Made by a program: the position numbers and the translations under genes. The notes below the pieces were generated by a model. That model was not told where the DNA came from. It was given only the letters and a program-made list of their open reading frames with translations, and did not search any database. Of a stretch of DNA of 64,000 bases, positions 59,249 through 64,000 are shown one piece after another (position 1 is the first letter of the stretch; each line of letters begins with the position of its first letter). The stretch comes from Alphaproteobacteria bacterium (GTDB taxonomy: Bacteria > Pseudomonadota > Alphaproteobacteria > GCA-2731375): contig CBDDPY010000002.1 in assembly GCA_965232515.1 (NCBI GenBank), positions 5,216,001-5,280,000 of the forward strand, given 5' to 3'.

Positions 59249-60142
59249 ATGCCGACAGACAAGATCCAGGTTTTGGTCGCGGGCTCGGGGGTCATGGGCC
59301 GCGGCATTGCCGCGACGTTCGCCCGCGCCGGCATGGCGACCGCCGTGCTGTCCCGCAACCCCGGTGGCGTCAGCGGTCTCGATCCGGCCGTGCAGGTGAT
59401 CGCCGATCTGCCGGCGGACGCGCCGGAGCTGATTGTCGAGTCCGTGCCGGAAGTCGTCGACACCAAGCGCGAACTCTATGACCGCATCGAGACCGCCTAT
59501 GACGGCGCGGCGATCCTCGGCTCGAACACCTCGGGCCTGCCGTTGCAGGATCTCGCCGACGGCCTCACGCATCCCGAACGCTTTCTCGGTCTGCACTACA
59601 TGCAGCCGGCGGACGTCATGCCCGTGGTCGAGGTGGCGCGGGTCGGGCAAACGCGGCCAGAGGTCCTGAACCGGGCGGTCGCGCTCGTCGAGGCCAGCGG
59701 CCGCGACGCGATCGTGCTGCAGCGGCCGGTGCCCGGCCTGCTGATCAACCGCATTCAGCACGCCATCCTGCACGAGGCCTACAGCCTGATCGAAGCCGGG
59801 ATCGTCACCGCGGCCGACGTCGACCGGGTCGCGAAGGAACTGCTCGGCCCGCGCATGGCCGTCACCGGCCTGATTCAGCAAAAGGACATCAGCGGCCTCG
59901 ATACGCACGCGCTGGCGCAGGCGGCGATCGTGCCGGATCTGCACCACGGCGATGCGCCGCTCGCCGTGGTCCAGGACAAGGCGCGCGACAACCGCCTTGG
60001 GGTCAAGACCGGCACCGGCTTCTACGACTGGCGTAACATCGACGTCGACGCGCACCGCAGCCAGGCCGCCGAACTGCTGACCCGGATCATCGATCTGGCG
60101 GCGCGGCAACGACCCACATCGCCGCCGCTGGCCGGCGACTGA
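59249..60142 (+). CDS. 3-hydroxyacyl-CoA dehydrogenase family protein
   Basis: GSGVMGRG, ESVPE, SNTSGL, GLHYMQP, INRIQHAILHEA, GVKTGTGFYDW. Confidence 0.85.
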   Translation: MPTDKIQVLVAGSGVMGRGIAATFARAGMATAVLSRNPGGVSGLDPAVQVIADLPADAPELIVESVPEVVDTKRELYDRIETAYDGAAILGSNTSGLPLQDLADGLTHPERFLGLHYMQPADVMPVVEVARVGQTRPEVLNRAVALVEASGRDAIVLQRPVPGLLINRIQHAILHEAYSLIEAGIVTAADVDRVAKELLGPRMAVTGLIQQKDISGLDTHALAQAAIVPDLHHGDAPLAVVQDKARDNRLGVKTGTGFYDWRNIDVDAHRSQAAELLTRIIDLAARQRPTSPPLAGD

Positions 60143-60215
60143 ACCCCGTCGGTTTGAAAAATTTACCGCCAATCGGCTATGAAGGCGGCCTGGTAAGGCT
60201 CGGAGGGAAAGCTTT

Positions 60216-60884
60216 ATGGCCAGCATGGTCAAAATCGACGGCCCGCGCCGCCCGCCCGCGAATGGGCAGCCGGCGGCGAAGCTGGTCATTCTGCTGCACG
60301 GCTATGGGGCCGACGGTGAGGATCTGATCGGCCTGGCGCCGCATCTGGCCCGCGTTCTGCCCGACGCCGTCTTCGTCTCGCCGCACGCGCCCGAGCCCTG
60401 CGGCATGAATCCGGCCGGCCGGCAGTGGTTCGGTATCTCCACCTTCGCGCAGGACGAGCGCATCGCCGGCGCGGAGCGCGCTGCGCCGATTTTGAACGCC
60501 TTCATCGATGCCGAGCTTGCCCGCTATGGCCTGAGCGACCGGGATCTGGCGCTGATCGGCTTCAGTCAGGGCACCATGATGTCGCTGCACGTTGCGCTCA
60601 GGCGCGAACGGCCGATCGCCGGCGTGCTCGGCTATTCCGGCGCGCTGGTCGGCCCGGACACGCTCGCCGACGAAATCACCGCCCGGCCGCCGGTGCTGCT
60701 GGTGCATGGCGACCGCGACGAGATGCTGCCCGTCGAGTCGCTGTTCGAGGCGGTGCAGGGGCTCGGCGCCGCCGACGTCAAGACCGAGTGGCACATCAGC
60801 CAGGGCGTCGGCCATTCCATCGCCCAGGACGGCCTGGTGCTGGGCGCACAGTTCCTGAAGCGCGTGTTGACCAGGCCGGCCTGA
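60216..60884 (+). CDS. Phospholipase/carboxylesterase
   Basis: LHGYGADG, GFSQG nucleophile, HGDRD, GHSI. Confidence 0.9.
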   Translation: MASMVKIDGPRRPPANGQPAAKLVILLHGYGADGEDLIGLAPHLARVLPDAVFVSPHAPEPCGMNPAGRQWFGISTFAQDERIAGAERAAPILNAFIDAELARYGLSDRDLALIGFSQGTMMSLHVALRRERPIAGVLGYSGALVGPDTLADEITARPPVLLVHGDRDEMLPVESLFEAVQGLGAADVKTEWHISQGVGHSIAQDGLVLGAQFLKRVLTRPA

Positions 60885-60920
60885 GCGCCGCGTCGAATAA
60901 GAGAAACGCAGGACAGCGTC

Positions 60921-61808
60921 ATGAGCAGCTCGATCCCCGGCCCAACCTCGCACTCATACTATTCGCAGCGCCTGCGCCTGCACTATGTCGACTGGGGCAA
61001 CGAGGGGGCGCCGCCGCTGCTGATGGTGCATGGCGGGCGCGACCATTGCCGCAACTGGGACTGGGTCGCAGAAGCCATGCGCGACGACTATCACATCATC
61101 GCGCCCGACCTGCGCGGTCATGGCGACTCGCAATGGATGCTCGGCGGCACCTACGGCCAGCTCGACTTCGTCTACGACATCGCCCAGCTCGTGCATCAGA
61201 AAAACCTGGCGCCGGTCACCATCCTCAGCCATTCGCTGGGCGGCATGATCAGCCTGCAATATGCCGGCCTCTATCCCGAGAACGTGAAGAAGCTCGTCGC
61301 TATCGAAGGCCTCGGCTTCTCGCCCAAACGGTTGGCCGAACGCGAGGCCAAGCCGCTTTCCGACCGGCTCGAAGAATGGGTCGACACCATGCGCGGCCTG
61401 TCGGGCCGGGTGCCGCGCCGCTACGTCAGCCTGGAAGAGGCGTTCCAGCGTATGCAGACCGAAAACCCGCATCTGACCCCGGATCAGGCCCGGCATCTGA
61501 CCATCCACGGCAGCAGCCAGAACGAGGACGGCAGCTATAGCTGGAAGTTCGACAACTACGTGCGGGCCTGGCCGCCCTACGGCCTCAGCCAGGACGAGCT
61601 GCACGGGCTGTGGTCGCGCATCGCCTGCCCGACGCTGCTGATCCGCGGTACCGAGAGCTGGGCCAGCGACCCGGTCGAGGACGGCCGGGCGGCGCACTTC
61701 CGCAACGCCACCGTCGTCAACGTCGAGGAGGCCGGCCACTGGGTGCACCACGACAAGCTCGACGAGTTCCTCGGCCTGGTCCGCGATTTCCTGGCCGACG
61801 ACGGCTGA
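60921..61808 (+). CDS. Alpha/beta fold hydrolase
   Basis: VHGGRD, DLRGHGDS, SHSLGG, AGHWVHHD. Confidence 0.9.
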   Translation: MSSSIPGPTSHSYYSQRLRLHYVDWGNEGAPPLLMVHGGRDHCRNWDWVAEAMRDDYHIIAPDLRGHGDSQWMLGGTYGQLDFVYDIAQLVHQKNLAPVTILSHSLGGMISLQYAGLYPENVKKLVAIEGLGFSPKRLAEREAKPLSDRLEEWVDTMRGLSGRVPRRYVSLEEAFQRMQTENPHLTPDQARHLTIHGSSQNEDGSYSWKFDNYVRAWPPYGLSQDELHGLWSRIACPTLLIRGTESWASDPVEDGRAAHFRNATVVNVEEAGHWVHHDKLDEFLGLVRDFLADDG

Positions 61809-61889
61809 TCGAAGCCGTTTCGGGGCGGACGTCAGGCAAGCAAGTGGCCGCGTCGGCGACGATCCGGCCTCGCGCGATGCCGCGACGGA

Positions 61890-62486
61890 TCAGCCGAACG
61901 ACGTCGTCTCCGATTCCAGGATATGCCGGGTGAGATCGCCGGTCTTAAGCAAGGCCGCCTCGCGGAGCTTCCACCAGGCCGCGAAGTAGGTCTGAAACGA
62001 CTCGTTGGTCGTCCAAATCTGCTCGTGGTCCAGCATCACGGACCAATCCGTTGCCTGCTCAGAAAAGAAGCTCCGCAATTCATCGAGGACCTGACCGCGA
62101 TACGGCTGGCTGAATGTGCCGGAAAGGCGATACAGCGCCGACACGGCCTCGGAAAGAGACGCCCATTCCGTTGCGATACCGGGGTTACGGAATTGACCGC
62201 GAAGCTCACTCGCCAACGTCGCTCGCCGGACCTCCCATTCCTGATACGCCGCGTCATAGGTGTCTTGCTCGATGGATTTTCGTTCCGCGAGCTGGACGGT
62301 CAGCAGGAACTTCACGACGGCTTCGGTGACCTCACTGGCAAATCGGGTCTTTGACTCAACGGCTTTCTGGTGGTCCTGCCAGCGCTTGGTGAAGCGGGGT
62401 ATCAGATAGGCGGAGACCAATCCCGTCGCCAGCACCAGAAACAGCGGATGCCGCAGAATTTCGTCAATGGTCTGAAACGCTTGCAT
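61890..62486 (-). CDS. Orphan single-TM hypothetical protein
   Basis: MQAFQTIDEILRHPLFLVLATGLVSAYLIPRF + helical domain; AAGGGA RBS; visibly less GC-biased than neighbours. Confidence 0.6.
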   Translation of the reverse strand: MQAFQTIDEILRHPLFLVLATGLVSAYLIPRFTKRWQDHQKAVESKTRFASEVTEAVVKFLLTVQLAERKSIEQDTYDAAYQEWEVRRATLASELRGQFRNPGIATEWASLSEAVSALYRLSGTFSQPYRGQVLDELRSFFSEQATDWSVMLDHEQIWTTNESFQTYFAAWWKLREAALLKTGDLTRHILESETTSFG

Positions 62487-62864
62487 TTGTCCCTTGTCCT
62501 CTGCTGCTGACAAACAACAAGGCAAATGCCGGCGATGCCGGCGCAACCGATATCGGACGTTGCCGCTGGGCTGGTACATGCTCAAGCCGTGCCCCAGGGG
62601 CAGGACGGTCATCATAAACCCTTCGTGGTCCCAAAAGCGATTTGCGGCAATTTTAGGCACGCGATCGACCGCAATCGCGTTCAGCCGCGCATCATGACCG
62701 GCACCGCCGGATATGATGCGCCGCAAAAACGAGATGCGGTAATGTCATGTTAACGACATACTTGATTTAGTATTTTGTCGCGCGTCGCCGCCGCGCTATC
62801 TTCTTGTCTATCAGCGTCACCGGCGGTGCGACGGTGTGAGGACAGTCAAGAAGGGCCGAGATCG

Positions 62865-63410
62865 ATGTCTCAGGATGCCAGCCCGGCATTGGTACTGAAC
62901 GCCGATTATCGGCCGCTCAGCTACTATCCGCTGTCCGTCTGGCCGTGGCAGGAGGTGGTGAAGGCGGTGTTCCTGAACCGCGTCAACGTGGTCTCGGAAT
63001 ACGAGCGCAAGGTGCGTTCGCCCGGCTTCGAGATGGCGCTGCCCAGCGTCGTCTCGCTGAAGCGCTACGTGACGCCGGCGAAGTATCCGGCCTTCACCCG
63101 GTTCAACCTGTTCCTGCGCGACCGGTTCAGCTGTCAGTATTGCGGCGACAAGAACGACCTGACCTTCGATCACGTGACGCCGCGGCGCTGCGGCGGCCGC
63201 ACCACGTGGGAGAACGTCGTCACGGCCTGCGCCTCGTGCAACCTGTTGAAGGGCGGGCGGCTGCCGCACGAATGCAAGATGCACCCGGCGCACAAGCCGC
63301 ACCGGCCGACCGTGCACGAGCTGCACCAGGCCGGCCGGGCGTTCCCGCCGAACTACCTGCACGAAAGCTGGAGCGATTTCCTCTACTGGGATACCGAGCT
63401 GGAGCCGTAA
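62865..63410 (+). CDS. HNH endonuclease (McrA-like)
   Basis: LVLNADYRPLS, FLRDRFSCQYCG, TFDHV, WENVVTACASCN..KG. Confidence 0.92.
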   Translation: MSQDASPALVLNADYRPLSYYPLSVWPWQEVVKAVFLNRVNVVSEYERKVRSPGFEMALPSVVSLKRYVTPAKYPAFTRFNLFLRDRFSCQYCGDKNDLTFDHVTPRRCGGRTTWENVVTACASCNLLKGGRLPHECKMHPAHKPHRPTVHELHQAGRAFPPNYLHESWSDFLYWDTELEP

Positions 63411-63540
63411 GCACGGCTGGCCATCGGATCCGTCCGGACTTCGGCCGCCGAAGTCTGCTTGAGCGCGTATTAGCACTCCCTACATCTCCAATTGACGGTC
63501 GCCGCGTCTGGCGGCCGTGCGAGAGGGGAGATGACAACAG

Positions 63541-63867
63541 ATGTCCGAGCAGGTTTTCGACGAGACCCGCCGGCGGCACATGACCTCGAAGGACACGTGG
63601 CTGCGCGGCTTTTTCATGCTGGTGGTCGCGTTTATCTACGGGATTGCCAAGGCGCTGGTGCTGGTCGTGGCGTTGTTCCAGTTCGTGGCCACGCTCCTGA
63701 ACGGCACGCCGAACCGGCAGTTGCTCGATTTCGGCCGCAACTTGAGCACCTACACCTACGAGATCGCGCTGTACCTGACGTTTAACCGCGATGTCCGGCC
63801 CTGGCCGTTCAGCCCCTGGCCCAGCCAGACCGCAGTCGCCCCGACGTCGGATCCGAACCGCGATTGA
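63541..63867 (+). CDS. DUF4389 family membrane protein
   Basis: TWLRGFFM, PNRQLLDFGRNLSTY..EIALYLTFN...PWPFSPWP. Confidence 0.85.
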   Translation: MSEQVFDETRRRHMTSKDTWLRGFFMLVVAFIYGIAKALVLVVALFQFVATLLNGTPNRQLLDFGRNLSTYTYEIALYLTFNRDVRPWPFSPWPSQTAVAPTSDPNRD

Positions 63868-63880
63868 GTTTGAACCGGTA

Positions 63881-63909
63881 AGGCAGTTCCCACCGAACGG
63901 GAACTGCCT
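63881..63909. terminator. Stable hairpin downstream of the DUF4389 gene
   Basis: AGGCAGTTCCC-ACCGAAC-GGGAACTGCCT 11-bp perfect stem, no strong U-tract. Confidence 0.4.
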
Positions 63910-64000
63910 CCCAGGCCGCGACTGCGGTCCGCCGGCTTATCCGGCGCGCCCGCGCAGGCGCGATCCGTCAGGATCGCTGCCGTGAGCGCAAAACTCAGAT

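Noticed and set aside
62740-62754. CtrA-like site GTAA-N7-TTAA (similar one at 32330-32344)
   Set aside because: One mismatch in short AT-rich patches; not distinguishable from chance
62865-63410. HNH nuclease as part of a defence or mobile system
   Set aside because: Looks like the widespread stand-alone alphaproteobacterial HNH near gluQ and the esterase; no methylase, cas gene or array nearby
63881-63930. Cobalamin riboswitch (GGGAA...CTGCC...GCGACTG)
   Set aside because: Spacing and B12-box elements do not fit; a simple hairpin explains it, and the window ends before any downstream gene

Overview
GC-rich alphaproteobacterial chromosome segment; gene content and order suggest a Rhodospirillales-like lineage (inference). 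About 1-30 kb is mostly core genome: Fe(III)-binding protein, metW-metX, chorismate mutase-hisC-tyrC, class II ribonucleotide reductase nrdJ, ftsEX, hpt, lysA-argH, tlpA, etfBA-hbd and pduO. About 30-58 kb is accessory-rich: cupin/GST, a MarR-cytochrome P450 pair, LysR-MFS-GNAT and a LacI-controlled sorbitol/mannitol operon. The highlight is a LysR-controlled operon (44.8-54.4 kb) encoding a complete six-component soluble di-iron alkene/isoprene monooxygenase (IsoABCDEF/XamoABCDEF-like). It is preceded by isoG-, isoH- and isoI-like genes for glutathione-dependent epoxide processing, has no isoJ, and is followed by an intact ALDH-fold gene that has lost its catalytic residues. Next come methylsuccinyl-CoA dehydrogenase, a candidate anti-Shine-Dalgarno sRNA, a hairpin-led small ACT-like gene, and an IS5-family element inserted into a REP-type palindrome. 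The window ends with gluQ, hydrolases, an orphan membrane protein and an HNH gene. No rRNA, tRNA or CRISPR array was seen. All family assignments come from motifs and recalled family features; no database searches were run.
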